From: Macrostomum hystrix
Taxonomy: Eukaryota; Animalia; Platyhelminthes
DNA length: 64,000 nt
Assembly: GCA_950097015.1 (NCBI GenBank)
Contig: CATNEN010000002.1
Span: forward strand, 7,626,001 to 7,690,000
Direction: 5' to 3'
Below are positions 46,166-58,154 of this stretch, one piece after another. Positions within the stretch are counted from its first letter, which is position 1. Each line of letters opens with the position of its first letter. The translations under genes were made by a program, and so were the position numbers. The notes below the pieces were generated by a model. It searched no databases. It saw nothing but the letters and a program-made list of their open reading frames with translations, and was not told where the DNA came from.

Positions 46166-48308
46166 TGGTGAGTTGGTTCAGTGAGTACTTTTATTTAGTA
46201 ACTTAGTGAGGTTATTCTAGGACGCCGTAACGGTTCTTGTCTAGCCAAAGCAGATGTCTGACTGAAAATTATTAGCAGCAATGAAATTTATTGCCTACTG
46301 AAAGTAGAATAGCTTGAAAGAAGTGAAACCAGTTAGTGAATTGGACACAGAACAAGAAAAAGTGTGCAGTGTTGACGGAATGCTTAGATCGGATTTTAAA
46401 GGACTGTCATTAGCTTTCATTTATATATCATTTAGAAAAAAACAAAAAAAACTTTAAAAGCATTTTAAAATCCAAAAAACTAAAAAACTATCAAAAAAGC
46501 CAAAAAAGTTGTATTGATTTCTAGGTTTTGAATTCTAGAACTCAAATACTTGAAGTAATTGTAGATATTATAACAAAATCTTACACGAATCAAACGCACC
46601 TATTTTGTATATACAGGACGCTTAATTTACTGTACTTCTATAGAATATTTAGCCTATAATTACGATACATTTCTGTATTTTGCATTGGCATGCATTCGCG
46701 AATAGAATAGCTAGTTGATTTCGCCCTTTGCGTATAAAACTGTACAAAATTGGTCAAAATTGATTAGCTTCAGATTAAAGATTAGGGCCAATAGACTAGA
46801 TAATTTACAGGTGTTGTTCTCTCCCTCCCTCCTCTTCCCCCATTTCACCCACTGTGGCGCGCGATGGTGGGCAAAGTTCCGTCGAATCTCGCAGAAGAGA
46901 CGCTGTCAATGCGCCCTCGTGTGTCATTCTCAACGATCTCTCTGAGTGTTTCGGCGGGTGTTTCACCGTGTTTGGGGTTCACGGGCCGCAGTACCGCCGC
47001 ATATTGTGACTGTCGGATGACGTCCCCCCCCTTCCATCCATTGCCATGGAGGTTTAAATGAGGAGACCGAGCGAGTGTGAGGAAGAGAACAATATGGGCA
47101 AAATTGGGTTAGGGACTAGGGACAACAATTTAAATCCACCATGACATATACCGTACAGCATTTACATCTATTTATTGTACTCAACTACTCACAAATGAAA
47201 GCTAACGACTGCCAAACTTAATTGCAACATAAGGCGAGTTTTGGTGAGTTGGTTCAGTGAGTACTTTTATTTAGTAACTTAGTGAGGTTATTCTAGGACG
47301 CCGTAACGGTTCTTGTCTAGCCAAAGCAGATGTCTGACTGAAAATTATTAGCAGCAATGAAATTTATTGCCTACTGAAAGTAGAATAGCTTGAAAGAAGT
47401 GAAACCAGTTAGTGAATTGGACACAGAACAAGAAAAAGTGAGCAGTGTTGACGGAATGCTTAGATCGGATTTTAAAGGACTGTCATTAGCTTTCATTTAT
47501 ATATCATTTAGAAAAAAACAAAAAAACTTTAAAAGCATTTTAAAATCCAAAAAACTAAAAAACTATCAAAAAAGCCAAAAAAAGTGGTTTTGATTGCTAG
47601 GTTTTGAATTCTAGAACTCAAATACTTGAAGTAATTCTAGAAATTATAACAAAATCTTACACGAATCAAACGCACCTATTTTGTATATACTGGACGCTTA
47701 ATTTACTGTACTTCTATAGAATATTTAGCCTATAATTACGATACATTTCTGATTTTGCATTGGCATGCATTCGCGAATAGAATAGCTAGTTGATTTCGCC
47801 CTTTGCGTATAAAACTGTACAAAATTGGTCAAAATTGATTAGCTTCAGATTACAGATTAGGGCCAATAGACTAGATAATTTACAGGTGTTGTTCTCTCCC
47901 TCCCTCCTCTTCCCCCATTTCACCCACTGTGGCGCGCGATGGTGGGCAAAGTTCCGTCGAATCTCGCAGAAGAGACGCTGTCAATGCGCCCTCGTGTGTC
48001 ATTCTCAACGATCTCTCTGAGTGTTTCGGCGGGTGTTTCACCGTGTTTGGGGTTCACGGGCCGCAGTACCGCCGCATATTGTGACTGTCGGATGACGTCC
48101 CCCCCCTTCCATCCATTGCCATGGAGGTTTAAATGAGGAGACCGAGCGAGTGTGAGGAAGAGAACAATATGGGCAAAATTGGGTTAGGGACTAGGGACAA
48201 CAATTTAAATCCACCATGACATATACCGTACAGCATTTACATATATTTATTGTACTCAACTACTCACAAATGAAAGCTAACGACTGTTAAACTTATTTGC
48301 AACTTAAA
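46166..48308. repeat. Direct tandem duplication of a ~1076-bp unit
   Basis: 46166-47241 and 47242-~48308 are near identical (paired ORFs 46715/47790 and 46864/47939), with scattered substitutions and small indels. Confidence 0.97.
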
Positions 48309-48787
48309 CTATTGAGATTTAGTTTTAATCTGTTTTAGTGGGGACTCGATAGTTATTTTTTTGAAATTTTGGATTTTAGGCAAAATTGTGCAGTACATAG
48401 TTTTTACGTAGAGTATTTTAATTAACACATTTTCATTTGTTCATAAATGCATGACATCCAGTTGCACTTTCCCACTCGCTTCCATATCAATGGTTTAAAT
48501 GCTGATGTACCAATAGCAACTGAAGGATGTCACAAATCAGCCACTGTTGCTGACACATTTCTATGTGACATACTTCACTGTCATTGGCCACATCTCATTT
48601 GTGCTCAACAAAGTCAACAGATGTGCAACAACCTTCCCATCCCATTGTACATTTTATATTTGGAAAAAGAAATGCGAAATGCATGTTTTGAAGACTCACA
48701 AAATGAGTCTAATCGTGGTCTTTTGCCTTTGTTATTTCTTCAGCTTTTTGTTTTCATTCGATTGGAGCAGAAAAGTTATTAACAAAT

Positions 48788-48900
48788 AGTTGGTTCTTGC
48801 CACCAGAAACCCGACGAGAATTGTTGACATTCTCGACGATGCCGATGTTTTACGATTCTGGAATTTGTTTTCATCGAATGAGCGGAAAATAGCGGACAAT
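48788..48900. repeat. Dispersed repeat family B, copy 2
   Basis: ggttcttgccaccagaaacccgacgagaattgttgacattctcgacgatgccgatgtttt...gagcggaaaa. Confidence 0.75.
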
Positions 48901-48921
48901 AAATTAGAAGCAGCAAGTTAC

Positions 48922-49268
48922 GTAATAATAATTGCAGGAGGGCTGCGGGCAGTGGCACATAATTTAGTGACACCAGACCCGCAGCCAGCAAGGAGGCAAT
49001 TCTGCCCATTTCGCTGACTCCTGAGCACACACGCACACAGATACTGTACGCTCACACAGGTGTGTACATCTGCCCCTGACTTTCTCACCGTGAGGCAGTG
49101 TACATTTCACTGTGCCTTGGAGGTTGGCCCTCAAGGGCGTAAATTGCACGACAAGCCCCCAAGCCTTCTCTCCGCGGCTGCGCCCCAAATAAATGTGGCC
49201 TGGCCGTGGAATCGAACTTACGGACCATGTTGCGAGAGTCAAACGCGAAAACCTCTCTGCCACCGACC
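48922..49268 (-). mobile_element. tRNA-derived SINE family A, near full-length copy
   Basis: Head ggtcggtggcagagaggttttcgcgtttgactctcgcaacatggtccgtaagttcgattcc has a perfect B-box. Tail (att)n. Confidence 0.9.
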
Positions 49269-49678
49269 CCCCAGTTACATGGTTACAGACACAGAAATTA
49301 CAAGAAGTCTTGACAATTATTGACTTTCCAATTTCTCAGAAGGTGATACACGTGCTCAACAAGCACTTAAAGCCTGTACGAGTGTACAAAGTATTTTGTT
49401 TACAGAATATATAATTTATAGTGCTTCTAGCCTGAAAAAGCCTAGTGTTATATATTTACTTCCAAATACTTCATCTCGTCAAATAATTTGATTTGCAGTT
49501 CTCTAAAGTTCTTCAGGCAATTAATTAACTCGGAAGTGCAAAAGGAAGAATAAAATGACGGTTTGCTTGGTGACAGAAAATAGTGTTTTTTCTTTTCTGC
49601 TGCTTAATAGGTTAGGATGTAGAAGGGTCAGGACCAAATTGGGACGAGATTTATTTGGTTAAATTAGATTTTTCTTTT

Positions 49679-50270
49679 GATTTGGGTCCTGATTGATTTG
49701 GGTCCTGATTGATTTGGGTCCTGATTGATTTGGGTCCTGATTGATTTGGGTCCTGATTGATTTGGATCATGATTGATTTGGGTCATGATTGATTTGGGTC
49801 ATGATTGATTTGGGTCCTGATTGATTTGGATCATGATTGATTTGGGTCATGATTGATTTGGGTCATGATTGATTTGGGTCCTGATTGATTTGGGTCCTGA
49901 TTGATTTGGGTCCTGATTGATTTGGGTCCTGATTGATTTGGGTCCTGATTGATTTGGGTCCTGATTGATTTGGGTCCTGATTGATTTGGGTCCTGATTGA
50001 TTTGGGTCCTGATTGATTTGGGTCCTGATTGATTTGGGTCCTGATTGATTTGGGTCCTGATTGATTTGGGTCCTGATTGATTTGGGTCCTGATTGATTTG
50101 GGTCCTGATTGATTTGGGTCCTGATTGATTTGGGTCCTGATTGATTTGGGTCCTGATTGATTTGGGTCCTGATTGATTTGGGTCCTGATTGATTTGGGTC
50201 CTGATTGATTTGGGTCATGATTGTTTTCAGTCAGGATTGGTTTGGGTCAGAACTGATTTGGGTCAGGATT
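49679..50270. repeat. 16-bp minisatellite, ~34 copies
   Basis: (tttgggtcctgattga)n. Confidence 0.98.
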
Positions 50271-50439
50271 GATTTATGTCAGTCATTGCTAAAAATGACT
50301 GACTGATTGAGTTGGGTCAGGACTGACTGATTGAGTTGGGTCAGGACTGACGTGGGATTGAGTGTGGGGTTTTCTTCGACTAGCTGGTTGGACCGGTTAC
50401 CTGTCCCGGTAACTATTGCTATGTCCGATTGCTAGCTGT

Positions 50440-50740
50440 TGCTAGGTAACAGCTGATCTCCGCCATCATGGCGTTGTACTGTGCTACGAGAGCAGCTGTG
50501 ATGACGCCGGACGGCCTGTCGGACCCCTTCGAGACATCCTCCGGGGTGCTCCAGGGGGACACTCTAGCGCCGTTCCTGTTCGTCCTTGTGCTTGACTGGG
50601 TGCTACGAACTGCTCTTCCCACCGACGAAGACGGCTTCCTACTGCGGCGACGCGTGGGTCGACGTCAACCGGAGAAGCGGCTCAGCGTGCTTGGCTACGC
50701 CGATGACCTCGCCCTGCTGTCCTCGACCGTAGAGCGAGCG
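50440..50740 (+). pseudogene. RTE-like non-LTR retrotransposon reverse transcriptase fragment
   Basis: TPDGLSDPFETSSGVLQGDTLAPFLFVLVLDWVLR...LGYADDLALLS. Confidence 0.88.
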
Positions 50741-50747
50741 TTGGAGC

Positions 50748-50840
50748 GAGTGTTCTTGAGTTTCGTGTGCTTGCATTGTTCCGTTCGGGTGCAGCAAAAA
50801 AATTGTCAGTGTGGGGAATTCCCCCCTTGGTAGTTCTACT
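50748..50840 (+). mobile_element. Dispersed repeat family C, 3'-end copy
   Basis: gtgttcttgagtttcgtgtgcttgcattgttccgttcgggtgcagcaaaaaaattgtcag..ggggaattccccccttggtagttctact. Confidence 0.8.
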
Positions 50841-51173
50841 GTTAATATGAGTAATTGTATTAATATACAATTTATAGTGCATTATTCGGCGAAAACCTGC
50901 CTTCTAAACTTTCTTGATTAAGAAATATAGTTCCCAGTCCTTCTAAAGCTTCTAGTGGTTTGTTTGCAGCTTGTTCCAGAAGATCTCTCTCTGCCGAGTT
51001 GCATTTGAGAGAGCAACTCTGCAGCAGCAAAGCCTGGTCGTCAGATGAGGCCAGGCGCCAAAAAGGTGACAATGGCACTAATTCAAAAGATAGCCAAATG
51101 CGCTTTTCTTGTCTGCTCATGTCGGTTAATACTGCTACGGTAGACTGACAGACAATCGTAGAGCAAGGATTAG

Positions 51174-52471
51174 CTGACACCCACCAAATCCACTGTGACA
51201 CCCATCAAATCCATTGTGACACCCACCAAATCCACTGTGACACCCACCAAATTCACTGTGACACCCACCAAATCCACTGTGACACCCACCAAATCCACTG
51301 TGACACCCACCAAATCCACTGTGACACCCACCAAATCCACTGTGACACCCACCAAATCCACTGTGACACCGACCAAATCCATTGTGACACCCACCAAATC
51401 CATTGTGACACCCACCAAATCCACTGTGACACCCACCAAATCCACTGTGACACCCACCAAATCCACTGTGACACCCACCAAATCCATTGTGACACCCACC
51501 AAATCCACTGTGACACCCACCAAATCCACTGTGACACCCACCAAATCCACTGTGACACCCACCAAATCCACTGTGACACCCACCAAATCCACTGTGACAC
51601 CCACCAAATCCACTGTGACACCCACCAAATCCACTGTGACACCCACCAAATTCACTGTGACACCCACCAAATCCACTGTGACACCCACCAAATCCACTGT
51701 GATACCCACCAAATTCACTGTGACACCCACCAAATCCACTGTGACACCCACCAAATCCACTGTGACACCCACCAAATCCACTGTGACACCCACCAAATCC
51801 ACTGTGACACCCACCAAATCCACTGTGACACCCACCAAATCCACTGTGACACCCACCAAATCCATTGTGACACCCACCAAATCCACTGTGACACCCACCA
51901 AATCCACTGTGACACCCACCAAATCCACTGTGACACCCACCAAATCCACTGTGACACCCACCAAATCCACTGTGACACCCACCAAATCCACTGTGACACC
52001 CACCAAATCCACTGTGACACCCACCAAATCCACTGTGACACCCACCAAATCCACTGTGACACCCACCAAATTCACTGTGACACCCACCAAATCCACTGTG
52101 ACACCCACCAAATCCACTGTGACACCCACCAAATTCACTGTGACACCCACCAAATCCACTGTGACACCCACCAAATCCACTGTGATACCCACCAAATCCA
52201 TTGTGACACTCACCAAATTCACTGTGACACCCACCAAATTCACTGTGACACCCACCAAATTCACTGTGACACCCACTAAATCCACTGTGACACCCACCAA
52301 ATCCTTTGTGACACCCACCAAATCCACTGTGACACCCACTAAATCCATTGTGACGCCCACCAAATCCATTGTGACGCCCACCAAATCCATTGTGACGCCC
52401 ACCAAATCCACTGTGACACCCACCAAATCCACTGTGACACCCACCGAATCCACTGTGACACCCACCAAATC
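51174..52471. repeat. 21-bp minisatellite, ~62 copies
   Basis: (gtgacacccaccaaatccact)n. The unit is a multiple of 3, so it yields long spurious ORFs. Confidence 0.99.
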
Positions 52472-53029
52472 ACTCTTTTTTCAATCAAACGCCGATAAAA
52501 TGCAAAGGATAAAAAAGGAATGAAACTGGATTCCTAAAACAATTAGGTCAAAACGCGAATTAATCTGTGGTAATAGTTTCGTATTATCACCCAGTCGTAT
52601 TTATTAACCGAGTGTAGAAACAAGAAAAAAGGGAATTAAACATGCTTGAATAAATACTGCAGAGAATCGGCATGGTTAGACTGGAACACGGCAATTCTTA
52701 AATAAGTAAGGTAAACGACTCTCGTGATAAATCAGCAGGACTTTAAAAAATCAATTGCTTGGCAAGAATTTCAGCGGTGCTATACAGGATCAGAAAATGT
52801 CGCAATTAAAGTGCACGCGGTGCTTCCAATGTAGCATTGTGACGAATGCAAACTGCAATATATTTTCTCATTTTGGAAGGGTATTTTAGGGTATACCAAT
52901 GAAGGCCGATTGTTGCAAGCCTCAAATGTCTTGCAAACTCCGGCCTGCTGGCCAGATGCGGCCCTCGAAGCTCCCAAATACGACCCTTCCGTCACCTACA
53001 GCATCCTGTTTCATCTTTTCCATGCCTCA

Positions 53030-53268
53030 TCTCTCCCGTGTCTCATCTCTCCCGTGTCTAATCTCTCCCGTGTCTCATCTCTCCCGTGTCTCATCTCTCC
53101 CGTGTCTAATCTCTCCCGTGTCTCATCTCTCCCGTGTCTCATCTCTCCCGTGTCTCATCTCTCCCGTGTCTAATCTCTCCCGTGTCTCATCTCTCCCGTG
53201 TCTCATCTCTCCCGTGTCTCATCTCTCCCGTGTCTCATCTCTCCCGTGTCTCATCTCTCCCGTGTCTC
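53030..53268. repeat. 16-bp minisatellite, ~15 copies
   Basis: (tctcatctctcccgtg)n. Confidence 0.97.
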
Positions 53269-53461
53269 ATATTTCAATAGTTAATGCCCGCTGTCGTCTT
53301 TTAGGTACTCTCTTTGGCCCGCAAGCTAATAGAGTTTTTGACCCCTGGTCCATGGCAATTTTTGCACGCCTCTAGTGTCAAATGGGTAAGAGGCACACAA
53401 TGTCATACACAATCACATCATTTTGACAGCTTTCATCGACACTGCCCGACAGCTGTAGTCA

Positions 53462-53956
53462 TTACCGACGCTCCGAAGGCTCGCAGCACCAGGCGATCTC
53501 CTGCCTAACTTGCTCCTCCTCCTGCGGGGTCAGGTCGCACTTTATGTTGAACACCTTGCGAATGTCCTCAGGACCGCGGTCGCGGATGAGATTGGCTACA
53601 GCCAGGCAGCAGGCGTCAACCAGGCCGCGCACATCCAGATAGGAGGCAGCCTGAAGCAGCTCGAACAGGCAGACAGGCTCCAGGTTGAGGAATTCGCTGT
53701 CCCAGACGCTGCCGTTGTTGCCCAACTGCAGCCGATTCTCGTCGTCCTCTGGCGGCGCTGGGTCGTCCCGGTGATGCGCGCACCAGGCGGCAACTCGGCG
53801 CAGGGTCGCCGAGGCGATGTTCGGCACGCGAATCTCGTCGCTGCCATCGACGCCGCCGTGTTCGGCTAGCCGGTGCAGCTTCTCCGACAGACGCAGCGCG
53901 TCGGCGTCCAGCTCGACGATTTCATTGTCGCTGCTGAGCAGCTTCACGTTCGGCAT
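53462..53956 (-). CDS. SKP1: Divergent SKP1 paralog, intronless CDS, 164 aa
   Basis: MPNVKLLSSDNEIVE, VPNIASATLRRVAAWCAHH, WDSEFL, LFELLQAASYLDVRGLVDACC, PEDIRKVFNIKCDLTPQEEEQVRQEIAWC. Confidence 0.92.
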   Translation of the reverse strand: MPNVKLLSSDNEIVELDADALRLSEKLHRLAEHGGVDGSDEIRVPNIASATLRRVAAWCAHHRDDPAPPEDDENRLQLGNNGSVWDSEFLNLEPVCLFELLQAASYLDVRGLVDACCLAVANLIRDRGPEDIRKVFNIKCDLTPQEEEQVRQEIAWCCEPSERR

Positions 53957-56900
53957 GGGAGCTGTGGCTGCAGTTAGACAAATATTTAGTTTGCTCATGT
54001 TGCAGAGAAACTACTATGGTTTCTAGGATTCTCATTTTGGGTGCCTTTATTCTCAGGCTGAAAAAACCAATACTAGGATCAAATCCCTACCTAGGCGGGA
54101 TTGTAAAATTTTATTAATTCTGTCCTGCTTCCACACACTTATTGGATTATCCGAGCACGTCCTATATCAAAACATGATATGAAATGTTTCATGTTGGCTA
54201 TGAATATGATTGCCGTTCATTTTGTTTCCTACTTTGAAACCAGTATGACTATGATGTCTAAGATGACAATGTTAAATTGTCTCGAAAAAAACTTCTTTAT
54301 AAATATTTTTTAACTAGTGTCCCTTTTTACCTGAGGGTGTAAATACAGTAGCCCACAACTGGCTTAAAATCAACCGTTTGGCGAATGCCCGAATTAATTG
54401 CATGCAAATAAAGTAAAGCAAATATGAATGTAAGTCTGACGGATTAAGTTTGTGTTAGCAATTTATTTTCTTGAAATGGGGGGTGAAAATTGAAAATGAT
54501 CGCATAAATATATATAAATATCGTTGGAAGTTAATAATATATATAAAGGTCTCCCACATAAACAACAACTTTAGATTAGTCTGAAGTGCATACAAAACAG
54601 GAAATAGAGGTTGAAAAAATGTAAACTATGTGAATAAAACGTTTATATACAGAAGTATACTTGTCTGGTTTATTGAAAATATTAGTCTTAGTGTTGGTCT
54701 TACAAATGTACACTTATATCTTAGAATAATATCATTGTGAAAATTCCTAATTCATATTGCCTTACAATTAAGGCAAGTTCAAATTACAGCTAGTTTTATC
54801 TAGGCCTGCAATAATCAAAATAAACACAAATACACACATAGCCTCATACATAGTAAATATACACATTGAAGCATAGCTCCGCCATTAAAATATAAAATCG
54901 CTGACACCACGTTCTATGGAGCATGAAATGCTCGTGGTATCACCGGTATTTTCCTAATTTTACTGCGAAGTTAAATCTGTTCTGTGGTCGACAACGGGCT
55001 TGTCTCCGACGATTCAGATAAACTCCTGACTTAAAAATCAATTTTTTACAATAAATTAATATTATATGCGTCAGTTTCATGTCCTAAAAACGGTCTATTA
55101 TGCATTATAATGTTACTGTCTTTCGCTTTGTTTTACTTTTTATGTTTTATATTTTTACAGACTTAATATATTAGTTATTATTATTATTATTCAACATTAA
55201 GATTAACACATTAAACATATAAAATATTAAGATTAGGCGTGCATCTCATAGCCGTGTGTATACATTTCAGAGATTTTTGATGATTTAAACAGCATTACAA
55301 AATTTAATACATTCTTGCAATGGTATATGATTTCGTTTATTGGGGTTTCATGGGTTTTGTAGTTGAAATGATTAACAATACGATGTATAAGCTATAGCTA
55401 TCCATGCAACTGTGTACCAAAAGCTAAGCCAAATAAACTGTCTAATGTGACGCTCCCTCTCAACTTTTAAGTTTTAAAATTTAGAGAATTTTTGTAAACA
55501 CGTTACGCTTTTTTCTGTAAAGTTTCAACTAATAATGCCATGCGCAAATTAAATGAGTCTATAAAAATATGGGGTACTGTTTTCTGTTTATGTTTCCACT
55601 CTTTTCCCAAGTGGAGAGGCCAGCAAGCCAACGCCGTTGGAATCCCAATGTGCAGTAAGCGCAATGGGCGGCTCCTGATCGAAAAATTCCGCGGCAAAAG
55701 ATGCTGCAAATGGCGCACAAAGGGTTCAGTAACCGACCACGGACTGCGAGTACAGAGAGCGATTTCTCAGACGGTCAGATCAGACACTAGACTTCCCGTC
55801 TAGAGTCTAGACCGTCTGATTCACCTCGCTCAGAAAGAGGTAATCGAAGTATCCCGAAGTCACCATCTGGGGTGGTACCGAGGGCCCAGTCTCCAGCGGC
55901 TAGATTCGGCAGCAGCTGCACCGGCCCTGGTGACGGTGGCGGTTGGGGCGGCGGCGGCAGCGACGACGGCATCGGCAACGGCTCCTGCTGGAGCTGCGGC
56001 CTCCTCGATCCGTAGCAGAGAGGGGAGGTTCTGACGGTGTTGCGAGGGCCACCAACACGAGGTGTGTAGCCAACCAGGCGTACCTGGTGTGACACACTAA
56101 AAGTGGGGAACGAACCTCGCGCTGGCAGACCGAGACCGGTTTCTGGCTTGTTTGCCTTCGTCAGTCAGCCATAGCCACACGAAGTCCTCTCCCACCACTC
56201 TTAGTGTGCACAGAAGTCTCTTTCAAGCTTGCCATTTTTATGGCGATACTTTTTTAGTGTTATGTGAGAGTTTTGCAGCCAAGTCTTTGCTTTTCTACTG
56301 TTGTCAGTAGTCTGAATTGTATCTCTCACACCTGGGTGGTCTCGGCAATGACTCGCTTCGTGTCCCCAACTCGGTTTCCTACCGGGCACTCGGCCGCTCG
56401 ACGCCTCACACGGAGTGGATTAGATTGCGCTTCAAGATTCCGTCCCGTCCAAACTGATGGGCTCACAGTGGGACCAGCAGGTCGTCAAACGAGGCCCAAT
56501 CAGATTCAACAGCAGCAGCAGCAGCCCGACTTCCGGTTGACCTCCGAGCAGTTCCAGACTCCAGATAGACCCCCAACGGGGCTGGCCACTGGAGCTGGAC
56601 TGTCAGGTGTCGGGTGGAAGGTCCTCTGGCCAAAGGACACGAACGCCGGAATTACCGTCACTTGCAGCAGGCGATGATCCCGGTGGCCCAGCGGCAAGCC
56701 CGCCGTGAGGATAACAACTGTGAGCCTTGCGCCGGTGAAACCTCCACGGCTGGAACCTCTGTTGGACGGGCGGGCCTTTGGGCCGGGCCGTCCCTTGCGC
56801 AACCCGAGTCTCCTAGGGCCAGTGACCGGGGGCGGACCGCAATGCCGTGGTGGCGGCGCACCACACGCACACGAAGCAGCAGCAGCAGCAGCAGCAGCAG

Positions 56901-58154
56901 CAGAGTCAGCCGGCTAGAAGTCTGCCCCCACCAGCAGTTTGCGAGTATGACGACGGCACTGGCTTCGATTTTAACCTTGATTAACCTTGATTCTAGCTTG
57001 TCGCCAGCTCATCATGTTCCAATTTTCTAGCGAACATGCAGAACTCACCTGGCTCGCTAGGCTTACGCAGCTCAGCAGGTGCCCGTTTGGTGCTGAAGAT
57101 ACTGCAGAATGCATTATCTTTTTAAATAAAGTGTTCATAACAAATCTCATAAGTTTTAAACTTGTCGGTTAAGAGGGAGAGTCACCGTGGACACTTTTTG
57201 GTCCCCATTTCTAAGCCCCCGTTACTTCAATGTTAAAAGGTTCGTCTGTTAACGATTTGTTTTTCCAAAATGTAACGATTTTAATTGGCACTCAAATTAT
57301 TATTTGAGAGATTCATGGGATTCAAATGATAGCGAAAAACCTGCAAAAATGATAGCTGTCAAAATCTGCTATTCTCTAATAGAGAACAAAAACAATATTA
57401 ATTGGGCGTATCTGAATGTTGTGTACGGTTGTTCGGTCCATGGACACCCCCTCGCAATTTCCAAGCTTTATCCATTTAACAGGTGGGTTAACTCAAGCAA
57501 TGCAAAGTTAAGTGTCTTGCTAAACGGCACAAATTGTTCCTGTCGCGAATAGATTCCCCGACCTTATCTTATCCTTCTCCTGTAGTAGTTAACAGTGTCT
57601 TCCTCAAGTTAAATTTTAGCTCGTATGTAGATGCCCTAGTAGCTCACGCACTTGCATGGTCAGGGATTGTGCAGACCTGGCTTCTACCTGCAATGAAATC
57701 TTCTATCTGACCTCGCGTTTTGGGGGGATCAAGAAGTTGGGATTGCGGCTTGGACCGTGGCAGCTCATTCATAATTTATGATTCTCCCATTGGGCGGTGC
57801 CTGCCCTGCGTGACAGCAGCTGAGGAACTCAGCAGTGCAGCACCTGGGCGATGTTGGCCATCAGCCCTTCAATCTGAGCAGTACTCTGCATTCCCTCACA
57901 CAAGCTCATGCTCAAATCTCACTCACTCTGCATCGACAGTGCGCACATGAGAACTGCTCAAATATTATAAGATTGTGACTCATTGTGAACGACACTTCTA
58001 GAATCGTTTCTGGCTAGATACAGGCCCGGCCCAGACGCCCAAGAGTCAATATTTGCATTGCTTCTATTGCAATTTAGTTGATTGCAAGACAATTCATCTG
58101 CTTTCGACCTTGCGAGTTTCGCTTCAACTGCTTAGCTTTGAGCTTTTGGTCACA

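Noticed and set aside
49200-49268. tRNA genes at the SINE heads
   Set aside because: A/B boxes are present, but acceptor and anticodon stems are broken and each head is fused to the same SINE body.
51170-52523. 442-aa (TPTKSTV)n mucin-like ORF and the antisense (VGVTVDL)n ORF
   Set aside because: A 21-bp unit without stops is open in several frames on both strands. Variants are mostly non-synonymous (ACT/ATT, TCC/TTC), and there is no signal peptide or splice link to a gene.
55780-57030. GC-rich ORFs with a possible degenerate zinc knuckle (CRVEGPLAKGHERRNY) and polyQ/S
   Set aside because: No consistent frame, splice structure or recognisable domain. Possibly a decayed retroelement 5' region, but this cannot be supported.
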